From NCBI GenBank assembly GCA_051294375.1, contig CM119264.1, positions 19,599,590 through 19,663,589 on the forward strand: a DNA stretch of 64,000 nt, in the 5' to 3' direction. The stretch is from Paraspadella gotoi (lineage: Eukaryota > Animalia > Chaetognatha). This document shows, piece after piece, positions 1-14,300 of this stretch; within the stretch, counting starts at the first letter, position 1, and every line of letters begins with the position of its first letter. The notes beneath the pieces were generated by a model. The model had not been told where the DNA came from. It did not search any database and saw only the letters and a program-made list of their open reading frames with translations. A program made the translations under genes and the position numbers.

Positions 1-15
1 TGTTTTTAATTATAG

Positions 16-119
16 CTGGTCGCTCTGATATTAACTTCCGTCGTGATGCTCAGCTAAAACATGCAAAAATTGTGAAGCATGAAATAGAAAAGGAAAGCTT
101 ACCTGCTTTTGAATTACAG
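16..119 (+). CDS. exon 1 (linker, GRSDINFRRDAQLKHAKIVKHEIEKE...)
   Basis: tatag acceptor, CAG|gtaaat donor, open frame. Confidence 0.8.
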
Positions 120-3100
120 GTAAATTCTTTTTTAATTGAAAAAAAAATTTTTCTTCTAAGATTTAATAAATTTTAATATCATATTTTTTTCAGCATACCG
201 AGATTCAATCAAAAGAAATACAAAAACCAAAATTGGTTATTCCAGAATTAAAATCAGTTCCATTTGAAGAACTTGAAGAAAGAGAAAAAATAGAACGGGG
301 AAAAGTGAAATATAGGTATAATCATTGGTGATTCGTAATGGTAAATGATTTTTATCAAAAATTTATTATTGCTCAATGCTTAGGGCTGAAATGGAACCGT
401 GGGTGGTTGGACATGTAAAGGATGTCAAAGTAAAAGAAGGACATCCTGCAAAGTTTATGGTAGAATATAGAGGAAACCCAATACCCCAAGTTGCTTGGTT
501 CAAGGAGACCTTAGAAATTGAGTCATCGACACAATTCCAAATTATGACTTGTGATACGCATTCATATCTATTTGTCCCCGAAGGTAATTACTTTTTTAAA
601 ACAAGTTTGAGCAAACGATGTCGGATCTGCCCACTATAGTTTAGGGGTAAGCAGCTAATCAGATGATTAATTATAACAAATCTGATATTTTTCATTTATT
701 CTATTTTATTTGTAATATTCAAATTATTCATATTTTATTGTTCTTTTCTAACCTTTGTACTTTTTATTTCAGTATTATGTTGCTTTGTCGATTTCGTTCA
801 TTTTACGTTTTGTTTCTTCCTTTGTTTCTGTTTTTTTTTTCAATTTTTTTTTTATTTTTTTCCTTCTCTCTTTCTCTCTCATTGTCTCTAGCTATGTTTT
901 TTTCTCACTCTCTTTCTTTCTCTCTCTCTCTTTTTATAACTTTGTTTCTTTATTTTTCTTTTTTTTCTTTTTATTTCTTTTTTCTTCATCTTATCTTTTT
1001 CTTTACATTTTAATCAATAGTTTTATTATATTTTAAATAATAAAATCTTTTTTTCTATTTTCATATTTTTGCATTTCTTTTTCTTTCTTTTTCTCTCTTT
1101 CTTTCTTTCTTTCTTTCTTTGTTTCTTTCTTATGGATGGAAAGGCATTCATTTAAAAAAATATAATTTGATGTTACGAGATGAACTTAACTGAACCAAAC
1201 AAATAATGGGAGGAGACCGACAGACCAGAGTTTAAATTTGTGACCAAAAAGAAGAAAATGCAAAGAAAACTATTCACGGTTTTCAATATACGATTTTTTT
1301 ATTAAAGATCATTAATTCAAAATGATAGTTATTTATTGATTCGCTAAACCGATAATAATCATTCATTGATGTGATAATAATCATTCACTGATATGACAAT
1401 AATAATTCACAGATGTGATGATAATTTTTGCATTTATTAATGGGATAATAATCATTTATTTATGCAATGATAAGGATTTATCGATGCAATGATAACGATT
1501 TATTGATCCGATAATAGTGGAATGCAAGAATTGAATTGAATTAAACAGTAGAGTGGAGCACTGGGGAACATAAATTTTATTTGAGTGAACAAACAAGGAT
1601 AATTAGACGTGAGATAGTATGATTAAGGAGTACAAAAAATATTTTGCTTATATTGTTTGGGGAACAGTATCATTAATTACAATATATTTATAGTAATATC
1701 CTTAAAAAATTATAAATTTTCAAAATAATTTTTTTTAAACTTCTATTAAAGATTCTGATTCTTCATAAAAAGTTAGATTAGAAATATAAAATATGTTATT
1801 AAAAATTTCAGCGAATCGAAACTGTTCTTAAAATTAAAAAAATATGATTTTAAAATATTATGATTTTATTAGGATATTACTATAAAAAAAATTAATTAAT
1901 GATACTGTTATGCAATTTTTTTTAAAAAAGGGCTTAATTATTTTTTATTACATATAAAAAAACATATACAAAACAGTGTTCCATCGCTCAATCTTTCCAT
2001 CACTCCACCCTATTGAACATGCGAGAGAGAGAGAGAGAGAACAAATCATAACAGATTTCTTAATAAATCAATAAAATAATATATTAATCAATCCTTCAAT
2101 CAGCCAATTAATCATTTTAACTAAGAGAGAGAGAGAGATAAAGAAACTTTAATATTGAAACAGAATTCAAATAAATGTGACCTTCTTTTTTTCCATTTAA
2201 ACTCTTTTCCACTTACACGATTCCATCTAAACTTTATACCTAGCTCAATCATACACTTTCCTACCCACACTCAAAATTTCATCTCAATTCATCTATCCAA
2301 GCATAAATAATTGGAATTCAAGTACCATGATGGAAAAAAAAGTGTCGCGGTTACATTATCACATTATCACTTGCAGCAACAACTCAAGCCTGGTTTACTT
2401 TATAAAGGATCAATCTTTTTCACTGCTTGCTAAGGACCATTTTTTGCCCCTTATTTCCACTCGCACAATTCTATCGTAACTTTATATCCAGCTCAATCAC
2501 ACACTTTTATAATTTCTTTCCATTCCAGCCATCCAATCATGCTAAGGGGGATGGACGGAGGGATATAATTTTTTTGGCATAATTTATCATAATTTGATGT
2601 TCTGACATGATCTAAGAGAATGAACGATAAAATTGTGGAGGTTGACCGACGGACCGACAAAGTGGATTATAGAGTCGGAATCTGTTGATAAGCAGATCCG
2701 ACTAAAAAGATGTTTTTTTTCCTCAGTTTTTCTGGATGATCAAGGTACATACTTTGTCCGAGTTTTTAACAAAATGGGAGAGGTGCGAAGCAAAGGGCTG
2801 TTACAGGTCAGTTACAGTTAAAAGTATCTTTTACAAAATTTTTATTTTTTATAATGAATATTAATATTTATAATTCGTGGAATCCTTAAAAAATTGAGGG
2901 GAGGGTCTTTTGTGGCATCGGTAAATATTGATATTATGCAATTATTCGTCAGCTAGTTTTCATGCTTTTGTATATTTTTTATTGTAAATCAGTAGCAGTG
3001 CAAAACGAAACAAAAAAAATAAAAAACTTTACGTATATAAAACTTAATTAAATTAAAATATATAAAATATTTAATTATGATTATATTTAACTATCATGGA

Positions 3101-4451
3101 ACTTAACTGATGGAAGATTGAATGCCAAAAAAGTCTTTAAAAAAATTTAACTTGGGTACATACTCATTACTCATCCTAATATTTTGTTTTAATGATTAAT
3201 TTTGGCAGGTCGAAGAAGAAAAACAGACGGCCTTCCCCCCAAAATTCGATGTCCGGCTCGTTGACAAAGAAATAAGAATTGGAGAACATATAGGGGAAAT
3301 ACGTGTCCAAGTTAGTGGAGTACCTCGTCCTGGAGTTAAATGGTTTAAGGTAATAAACTTTACAATCTGATTAAGTATATATTGCTTAATTTTACATTTA
3401 TATAAAATTAGTTACAAATTAAAATTGTTTTTCTAATTCTAATGATCATAATTTAATAATGTTAGATAAAATATAATTTTAGGAACAAACTTTCATAAAA
3501 TTAAAATTAGTTCATAAAAATACAATAAAAATTTACATAACAAGGTATATTTTTTTAGACTCTTATAAAGATAATTATAGCTTATTAACAAATACAGGAA
3601 TAAATAGAGAAAGAGAAAAATAAAATAAAAAGCAAAAAGGTCTAGGAGAAATAAAATTTTACCAAATTAATTAAAAATTCTTATTTTTCTTCAGTACCAG
3701 GCCTAAAACGCATAAACAATTTTTTTTCAGGATGGAGAACCACTTATTATTGACAACTTACATTTTAGAGAAGCTCAAGATGGAAACAAATACAACTTAC
3801 AGTTATGGAATACTGTGTCAGAGGACAAAGGAGTATATGAATGTGTAGCCGAAAATAAATGTGGGCGAACAAGAAGTCATTGTACAATTACAATGATTCA
3901 TCCAGTGGAAGATAAACCTTCAGATCCTTCACCCATTTTAAAGTCAAATCCAGATGATGTTAAAGTTAGAGAGGGCGAAAAAATAACATTAACTGCAATC
4001 TTTCATGATTTACCAGGTGAGTGCATCTCATTTAATTTTAATTTTAGTCAGCAAGAGGGAATCGATGGAAAAAAATTATTTTTGGTATTTATTTTTTATC
4101 GAGCCAGGACCGGCTTCGCCGGGTCCTGGCTCTATAACCATTTAGGGTTCCTTCTTTGTGACGTAGTCGTCGTCGTCATCGTCACGTTTTTTTGCAATCA
4201 TGGCTTCTGAAAGTGTGATATCATAGGGAGTTGAAAATTTATATATGGCTTCTAATCATCAAGATCTTTAAAATTGTCATGTTTTATATCAATATTCGTA
4301 TTTGTTTATGTTTTATTTACAAAACAAAAACCTTTTAATTATATGTCGCTTTCTCTCTCTCTTTTAATTATATGTCGCTCTCTCTTTCTCTCTCTCTTTC
4401 TCAGTCACTGCTTCTTCTGATTTGTTCCGGCTCTGCAGCGTCTGTTCTGCT

Positions 4452-4514
<63 letters not shown>

Positions 4515-4790
4515 TAATTTATATATATATATATATATTGTGGGCTCACCAATGTAGAAGACCATGCTGAGAGGAGTTAACCATCCGTTCTCCTTTTTTT
4601 AAAATTTTTAAATTTTTAAATTTTTATTTTTGCTTTTTTTATGTGAATCAGCATGAGATGAACCCAAATCCTTTGAGTTGGGAGGAGCTCGCGCTACCTC
4701 TGGCGCCATAGGTACTTTGACTTGGTATTTGGACGAGAAAAGGGGCTGTTGAGCTCCTCTCTCTCTCTGCAGCGGCTGTCCAGCGGCTGT

Positions 4791-4828
<38 letters not shown>

Positions 4829-5089
4829 TTATATGTCGCTCTCTCTCTCTTTCTTTTTTTTTTCTGAATATGGGTAGTCCCTCTCAATGGGGTGAATCAA
4901 AAATTTCGTATGGGAACATGCTCAAACGAAAATTTATGCAGTTTATGTATACTTTCAATCTACCAAAACATTTTTATATGGCTCTATACCTAAATATTTA
5001 TTTTTTAATATTTTTTTATAGAAAGGAAAAGAGTTCGTCCCTACTCAGATTCGTCGAAAAACGAGTTCAGCTCTGCAGCGGCGGTCCAG

Positions 5090-5126
<37 letters not shown>

Positions 5127-5309
5127 ATCTCTCTCTCTTTTCCTTCTAAAAACTTTTATTATCACCATTTATTCCGCGTTTTTTTCTCAATACAAAATCC
5201 CAAATTTACATCCGAGATTTTTGTGGATTTTTTTCCTAAAAATTCTGATTATTCTTTATATAAACGAGTGACCTAATAATGCGTCTCGTTGGCGGGAAAA
5301 CTGTCCAGC

Positions 5310-5356
<47 letters not shown>

Positions 5357-8300
5357 ACTCATACACGCATTTATTTGTTTTATTTACGATGAATGATTCA
5401 TCGCGTCAATGAATGACTATCATCGTATCAATAAATGATTATCATCACATCAGTCATTTTGTTATCATCGCATCAATTATTGGTTATCATCGCATCAATA
5501 TTTGGTTACCATAGAAAGCTGGCTCGATCCTTATGCTTTTAAGATTTATTTCAAATTGAGTAAGTTTTTTGTTTTTTTTAATTTGACAATGCTAAAGGCA
5601 TTGCACCTCTTTTTGGCTCAAAAAATGCCCTTATAGCTTTCAGAAAAAGAAGGAAAACACGCAACATCAACATCAAGCATGAAAAGAATTGTGTTAAAGA
5701 TGTGGAAAAACATTTCACTATTATACTTTAATTCGCTGTACAAGAGCATGCCCAGACAAATGCAGGCAGTAATCGATGCCAAAGGAGGGCATACCAAATA
5801 TTGAGAAAGTTTTACCAATATTTTTTATATTTTTATGGAATAAATGAACTTTCAACATTTATGTGATATACTTTTTACCTAGATAGTATTAAACCATAAG
5901 CAAAAAAAATAAGAGAGCAAAGGAAAAAAGTTAAAAATAACATAAATTATTGGGATTAAAGAGCCAAAATCCATGAAGGGTATAGGTTCCCAACTGATGA
6001 CCTTCCCATTGTATAAACATAAAAGATAAAAAATATTCAAAAAAGAAATAATTAAAAAATATGATAAAGAAAAAATAAAATTTTATTAAAGTATTTTAAA
6101 ATTATATTCATGACATAAAGGTGCCCCTATAGACCTTTCCCCAGTATGTATCCCTATCAGAACATACAATTCTACATGGTAGTCTTATCCCTATTGGTAA
6201 AAAAATCATATATAACGTTGGTCCCTCAAAAAATTATCCATTCCTACCCCTTTCTGTTCAGCCTCTTAGATATTATGATTTTTCATTAATGACTTTCTAA
6301 CAGAAATGATGTGTGATATCTATTAGAAAACTAGGACAGATAGTAATCTAACCTTGTGTTGTATAGATGCTCCCTCTATTTCCAGAAGACAACACGGACT
6401 TCCCCTTCCCAAATTGAATTATTAGATAAAAAAAAAAAAAATTAAAAAAGAAAGCAATATATGTTTGAATAAATAATATAAATTAAATACTAAATCCTTC
6501 ATAAAAATATTAAAATATTAAAATAGAAAAATAAAAAATAGTGAAACAAGTAATTTGCAAATTTTCATAAAAGAGACTGTGAGAGATTCTTGATTGAAAG
6601 CTTGCATGGACCTGCTATGTTATTATCTTGTAAGAGTGATGAGGCCCTAAACCACCAAAGCATGTCTAAAGTCAGGGGCAAGATAGCTTATTTATTAAAT
6701 GTATGAATAATTTTTATATTGGTTATACCAATTTCATAGACAAGAGCTATTGACCTATTGTGACTGGGAAATAAGTCAGTCATTGACTTGGTACCGGGTG
6801 TTGTTGAGTAAGGTTACCGTGAAGTAGACCGTGCCTGTAATTGTCCTGCCACATGCTTATTTCTCCATTGCGGGGCTTAGCCTTTTCTCTTTACTCTATG
6901 TTACGAGTTTTTCTTACTTTTGTCTCCCTTTCTTTCTCTCTTTCTCTCTTTTCTCTTCTGTAAATTGACTTTTCGTACAACACGTTTACTTTAAATAAAA
7001 TTTGTTTTATAGAAGTTTCTCTAAGTATAAGGATCTTATGTTTATTTATGTATTTAGTTTGTTTTCCCAAAGATAATTGTTTTATTATTATATTTTTCAG
7101 AACCACCAAAAGCAACATGGTACCATAATAATCAGATAATAAAAAAGTCGAAATATTTTGACATACGTCGGAAAGGTTGTGTCTTTACCCTGACAATCAT
7201 CGAAGCATTTGTTGAAGATGAAGGGGAATATAGATGTGTAGTTAAAAATGGAGGTAAGTTTAATTTTTTGATAAACAAAAAAAAGCCTGATTGTTGCAGT
7301 AACGTGCAATATCAGTTGGCGAAATTAATGGCCCGAATATATCCATTTGTAGACCAGGGATAGCTTTTTTTAAAATAATTTGAAATGAAATTACGAAAAA
7401 CATTTTTTTTTTAAATTTTGTAAATATTTGTTTGAAATTAAATAAATTTTATTCATAAATTGATTAATTTTTAATTCATTTATTTTTAATAATTATAAAA
7501 TTTAATTTAATTTCCAACGAAAAGATTCAAATAAATTTAATTTTGTTAAAAGCTTATATATAGCTTGTAATACTACAAGCTAGATTATAAAACATCTTTA
7601 TTGTATATTTACCATATTTTGTCATCTATTTTTAGGTGGACAAGCCGAAGCTAAATGCCAGTTGTTCATTGAGGCACCTCCACCTCGAATCTTAACTGAT
7701 TTGGTTGACCAAGTTACTGTCGAAGGATCAGACTTTGCTTTGGAAATTAAAGCTATTGGTGAAATTGCAGAATATGCGTGGTTTAAAGATGGGATTATAA
7801 TCAAACCTTCTGACGAATTTCAGGTTAGAACTTTTTTTTTCAAAGATGGTTTGAGTATTATTTTTTTCAATAGAATTTTTAGTCGGATCAATTGTCGACT
7901 TTGTCGGTCTGTCGGTCGCCCCCCATAATTTGGTCTGTCAGTCACTTAAATCTTCTTAGAATATCGAATTACGATAAATACTCCAGAGAAAATAAAAATG
8001 TAGGCTTCAGTTTTGGGACAAGGCATGCCGGTTGGTTTACTTACAGGTAAGACCCCAAATTAGGATATTTTAGGGGATCTCATTTCTAACTCACCCGTGA
8101 CGGCTGATTCGAGGTACTTACCCAAAATAGGAAAAAACCGACCTCGTCAAAATTATAGAACTTTTAAGCGTAACATATGCTTTATAATCGCTTGTTACAA
8201 TTCCACAAAAATTAGGTTCGCTATTTTGAAAGTTGTAGAATATCTTCAAATTTAGTTTTTAATCAGAAATAATACTGTATATTATATTGTTATCTATCTG

Positions 8301-11300
8301 ACTGATTATATTTTATTTTTTGGTTGGTTAGATGGTCGGTCAGTCTATCTGAAAGGCCATGCTTACATTCTTATATTTATATAATAGAGATATAATAAGG
8401 TAATATTGGTAACATCCATCTCAAAGTATTTTTACAAAATGATACTTCTATCTAATATATCTCCTAATCTGACTAATAATTTTAAAATTAAAATATTTTA
8501 AACTAATATTATTATTTTTAAAAAACAAAATAATAATATTACCATAATGAAAACCAAATAAAAAATCTACAAAGTAAATGTTTCCTTAACCCAGTATAAT
8601 TAAAGGTGACAAAACTATATAATTCAAAATTAAAGTACCCTATTCCAATGCAGCTACATTTAATCAATGAAACAATAAAATATTATAACTCAAATCAATT
8701 ATTTAAACAATTACTAAAAAACAATAATATTAAAATACTAAGCTAATAAATAAACATTATTCTCCGTCCCAATCTGATTCATCACTCTCCTCTCTCTTTA
8801 TTCCCTTCAACACGTGCTCCCCCAACTTCACCATCTCTTGGTGCGCGTTCCATTCGCGCACCTCCAAATCATTCGCTCCTACCAGGGCAAGGAATTAGCT
8901 AGAGACTGGAACCGAAGTCTCTAGATCCCCCGCCCATTTCGAATGAAGATGTGGTGATATTCTCTGCATCAATCGCAAGTCTTTGGGATTTTAAATTTTT
9001 CCGAGCGCACATAAACTGGGCGATCATATACATCCATGCGCTCAAAATGTACATAAAATTCGATATTAACGTATCTATTCATTATCCGTTCCATTTTTGA
9101 TATCTAAGTATAAAGTAAAACTCAAAATAAATTTTTAATACAAAAATCTTCAAAAATAAAACAAATCCAACTTTCTTAAAAATGTCTCTTAAGTCTTTGA
9201 AATATATTCACGCATTCCATAATATCCTAATAGCTACTTTTTTGTTGGTCTCAGAGTTCTTGGGACTAAATCAAAATAATTGTTTTTATTTTGAGTACTT
9301 GAGACTAAAACAAAAAAAATTGTTTTCATAGGTAAATATTATAATAATAGTATATAAATGTGTAAACATGTTAAAAATTGTTGGGATAATACAATTTATT
9401 AAAAAAAATCAAGCATTTACAGAAGGTGGCACAAGGTTTTGCAGATTATGTCTTTAAATATAACAAGGAATGACTTGATTAGGGAAAAAATTATACTATG
9501 CATTACCATCAATTATGAAGAACAAATATATATGAAATTTGTATAACAAATAAGCAAATTATTTATTAATTAATTATACTAGCCTGCCTACTGATTTTAA
9601 AAAAGGTATTGTAAGTTAAAGCATCTATTCAATAAGATATAAATATGGCAAAACCAAGCAAGCTTTGATAATTAACATCAAGATTCTCAAAAAATAAATC
9701 ATAAGCATAGGTTAAACAATAAATAGTAGCACAAAATTAATTAATAATTATACTAATTGCTATTAAAATTACAAAAGTTTTTAGAACATTTAAAACTATT
9801 AAATATGGTAATAAATATAAATGTATTAATAATCATTTGAATGACAGTAAAGATCATCGAACCATGAAGCAAGTTTTTCATCATAAGATTATATGTGGGA
9901 ATACAGATTATGACAAAATATTGGTTGTAGTGAAAAAAATATTCCCACATATCTTTTACTAAATAATAATCTCGATACATGCAATAAAACTCAAAAAATA
10001 TTTAAAAAGTTTTTTATTAGAAATTTAGGATTGGCCTTCAAACAAATATTTATTAAGTACATGTGCACAAAAGTGTGCACCTTAAGTTTGCATTAAGAAT
10101 TTTAAAAAATGGGAAAATACAAAAAGAATCATTTATTCAAGAACCAATTCTATCCTACTAAAAAAGTAAGGTTTAACTTTTTTTAAATTTGTAACAATAA
10201 ATAAAAACATTCATGTTACACATATCGGCCCTATTAGTTTTACACGAGATTTTTTTTAAAGCTTTTTGGTAAGTGTATCGCATTAGCCATACCAGGTAAG
10301 TTAGAAATGAGATCCCCCAAAAAAATCATTATTTGAGGTCTCAGTTTGAAGAAGATACTACGCGTTTTTCTCTCAGACAGAAATTTTTTTAGCTCTTCGA
10401 GACAGGCCGCCTCAATCTGTTATCTGTTAAGACCACAAATTGAAAAAATTATCGTGACTTATCATCTGATTAACTGATTACCGCTAAATTACTGTAAGCA
10501 GATTCAACATTGTTTGCTCAAACTTGTCATTACATGGTGACAATTTTACATATCAAAGTGGATTCTGATAAAATTTGCATATATAAATAGTTTGGGTTTT
10601 TACTTTTAAATTCATATTTAACGTTGAAAAAATCTTCATGGGTTTGAAAATTACAGCGTTTTTCTTCCAGCGCTTGTAAAATTGTCACCATGTATATATA
10701 CAGAATTTTCGAAGCTACCAGTAGTATATACAGGGGTGGGACCCTATATCGAGACAAAACTTTAAAAATCATTACTCTTAAGCTTTTAGACGATATATTG
10801 TTTTGAAATACTTTGATCTTATGCTTTTATGCAGCAAAGGCAACTGCTCGGTTTTCTCCACGCGGTTTGGAAGAAAAATATTTGAATATGTATTTTTAAA
10901 TCTCATTCCAATACATAACAGTTAAAAATATTTTTGGAAGTACTTATTAGTAGTATAATAATGCTTCTGGCAAGATGTATATGGTATTTTGGTTAAAATA
11001 AGATTTGAAGGTAAGATTTGGGTAAGTTTCTGTTATGGTTTAATTTTTATTAAAACTTACTTTTATCAAAAAATTTATTAACTATATTGTCAGATTATTG
11101 AATTAACCATGTAAGATTTCTGTATGCATAATAAAAACGTCCAAAAGGTAATAAATATATAAAGTATTTAACAATTTTGGCATCTTCCCCAAAAAAATTA
11201 TAGGTTTAATTTAGATAGTGAAGAAAACCTTAAAAACAGATGAATTGAAGATAAGACAAAACACAGTCATGTTCAAAAACAACCAGTGAAAAATATTAAC

Positions 11301-14300
11301 AAATATGGTTTTTATCGTGTGCAATATAATGTGCGCGCATAAAAACGACTAAATGTTTTGAAAACATCCACGACGCCTTGTAGTTGCTTAAATTTTTTAT
11401 TGTATATGAAAGTAAAAAGCCAAAAAAACTTTTGCCACTCATTTTATTATTATATTTCAAATCGTTCAGACAGGGAAGGACGTTAAGTTTTGTCTCGATA
11501 TAGGATTCCTCCCCTGTATTTAAATATCTTCTTCAATCTTTTGGTATTACAATAAAGTACTAAAAATAAAAATTATAATTTCAAATTAGATATCCATCAA
11601 TCAACAGTAAAGGCTATTTTTTCGTAACGCCGGAAGTATTCTCTTTTTTTGTCTGTAAGGTTCAAAAGCCTATAGCCGCCCATAAATCAAAAAATGTTAA
11701 CTTTACAGATAAGTGATCAACCTTAAGACGCTTGCTAGGCATGCGTTTCATATTTGGATAATCAAATCATTATATGAAAATGCATACATGTAATAAAAAA
11801 ACGCGCAAGACATTTTTTTATAAGTTTAAAGGAAAATTAACAAATTTTGCTAATTAAATAATGAACTTTTTCAAATTTTTTTCAGATTGGCAAAGATACA
11901 GAAAAAATATGGTTAAAGGTTAAAAATGCAGTGCTGTCAGATGCTGGAGTCTATACAGTTTCAATTTCAAACGGAGTCGATGTGATGGAATCCACTTGCA
12001 ACATAATTGTTGAACGTATGTTATAAAAAAAATACAAATTTACTGTGCTACTATGTACAATTTTTTTTCTTATGTATATTTTAATGGATTTAAATGATGG
12101 AATTTATTATTTTCTATATGTATGATTAAATTTGAATATAAAGAAAAATTTTGTTTCATTGTAGTGGATTGTAAATTTTTGGAATATTTTTATTGAATAT
12201 TATTGAATATAGTAATAAAATTCGTTTAAATTAAATCCTTTATACTTTATTTATAATTAATTAAGTAGTAGTAATGGTAATGTGAAGAGTATAAAAGCAG
12301 TCTGTGTTTAGCCTTTTAAAAAAAGTAGTTAAAATTTATTTCATGTTTATAGCATGTTTAATAAAAAAATAAAAAAAATAAAAATTATATTGTTATGCAC
12401 TAAATTAGATTTGATGTATTGAAATTTGAGTAAGATTGGCAGTTATTTTTAGTAAAGATAATAAACTTTGAGATACCAGACACTATCATGGTAATTAGAA
12501 ATACAGTTAACTGCCTAAAACTGTTTCAAAGTTCCTTGATTTATTCTTTTTTTTTTTTTTTTTGCATGTTCTGCATGATTCTTCATTTTCACTGCATGAC
12601 GATAACAGTTAATGAAGAGTTCATCACTTTCAACAAAGCTATTGATGAAGAGGTTATAAAAGCAAGAGCCCAACTTAAAATAGATATGGTTAGATTAAGA
12701 ATTGAATTGGATGAACAAGAAAAAAGGGATATTGCTGCTGCCAAACAACGTTATTTGGATGAATTAGCAGCTAAGAAAGAACAAGGTAAACCTAATTTTA
12801 TCATAGATGTAAAGCTCTGAAATAATTAACTTGAATGCAAATTCGCTTGTGATAAATTTAATGAAAATGAATTTGATACGGATCATTGTTGCATTCAATG
12901 TTTATAAAAATAATAGTTTACAGTACCCAGACCTCCAGTATTTTGTTCATTATTCATCATTGTTTTAGCTATTTAAATATAACCCTTGCTTCATGAGTGA
13001 TTAAATTTAAAAAAAAGATTTATATTTTTGTGTGCATAAATTTTGTTGCTGTGTACTCTGTTATGATTTTGTAGAAAAATATTTTTTTCTCTGCAGCCAA
13101 GCAAGAGCTCACCAAAAGAAAGCCTCAACTGACTAAGAAATTACAGGGAGTTGTAAAGGTCGTAGAAGGTTCATCTATAAAGTAAGTCAAAAAACAAATA
13201 AACTTAAAATTTTTGTTCATTTTTATTGTTCTATTAAATTTCATGAAAAAAATTAAATGATTTTAATATTATCTTACTCAATGCTGATTACTTCGTTTAC
13301 TTTTTATAACAAAATCATTAGAAAATTTATTCTATATTAAACATTTTTTATAATTTTTATATAATTAACCATTATGAACTAATACTTTTTCTTTTTTTAA
13401 ATATTACTTGATTAAACATTAGCTAACATTATTTTTTTTAAGGTTGGAAGTGGAACTCCTTAAAAATATGGAAACAACTTGTAATTGGTATAAATCAGGT
13501 GTTAATATAGAACATTCTGATAAATTTCAAATTTGGCATGGGGAAGCACTAGAAGCTGCTGTTGGCAGCGTGCTTCTGATTATGAACATAACTCTTGATG
13601 ATGCTGCAGAGTATACTTTTAGAGCTAAAAATGCAAATGGAGAATGCGCGACATCTGCAACCGTGATTGTTCAACGTGAGTTAAAAAATATTTCCATACT
13701 TGATTCTTAAAAAACATTACAAACTAAAGAAAAAGTTTTGTTTTTAATATTCTAAGAGGTGACGTTATTGTTTCCTTAATTGTTATAATCTGCTTGTTAA
13801 TTTTTAATTATTCTTTTTTGAAAACTTAATAGTTGGTTAAATTGAATTATTTTATTGCCATTTTTTAGCTGAAAATATTTTTACCATTTTTTATTAAAGG
13901 TATTTTGAAATAATTTTATTTTTTTATATAAGAAAATTAAATTTACTGGTATGGCAACAGCCGGGTTGCCTGTGATGCCCATTGGGATGGGGCATCTCAC
14001 TGTTGGCTTTGGGGGCTTCCGACCCTCAGTGACGCCTCCAGTCACTGGCGCGGTTACCCTAGGACGGTCTCGCTTTGCCAACGCAGAGGGAAGTCGTTAG
14101 GACTGTGGATGAAACACTATGCCTGGGATGGCCAAGACATCACTCAGGTTCCTCAAGCCTGAGAGGCGTTTGTCGACATTTCCTCTCTATAAATAAATAT
14201 TAAAAAATTGAAACATAAAGTTGGTCAAAAATTAAAAAATCTATATTTTAAGTTGAAAATCAAAGTTTTGATTTAATTTGTACAACGATTTTATTTTTGT

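Noticed and set aside
663-1036. F/L/S-rich ORFs, also 4372-4557, 4870-5271, 28935-29244, 39213-39458
   Set aside because: Translations of T-rich or (CT)n tracts inside repeats; no domain signal.
8760-9095. GC-richer island with hairpins and a short minus-strand frame
   Set aside because: Stops interrupt the frame, no ribozyme or protein motif recognised; probably internal transposon sequence.
13965-13995. Resemblance to 18S rRNA (CTGTGATGCCC), and of 36358-36381 to the U2 snRNA 5' end
   Set aside because: Matches are short and do not extend; U2 GTGTAGTA is absent; both lie in family T3.
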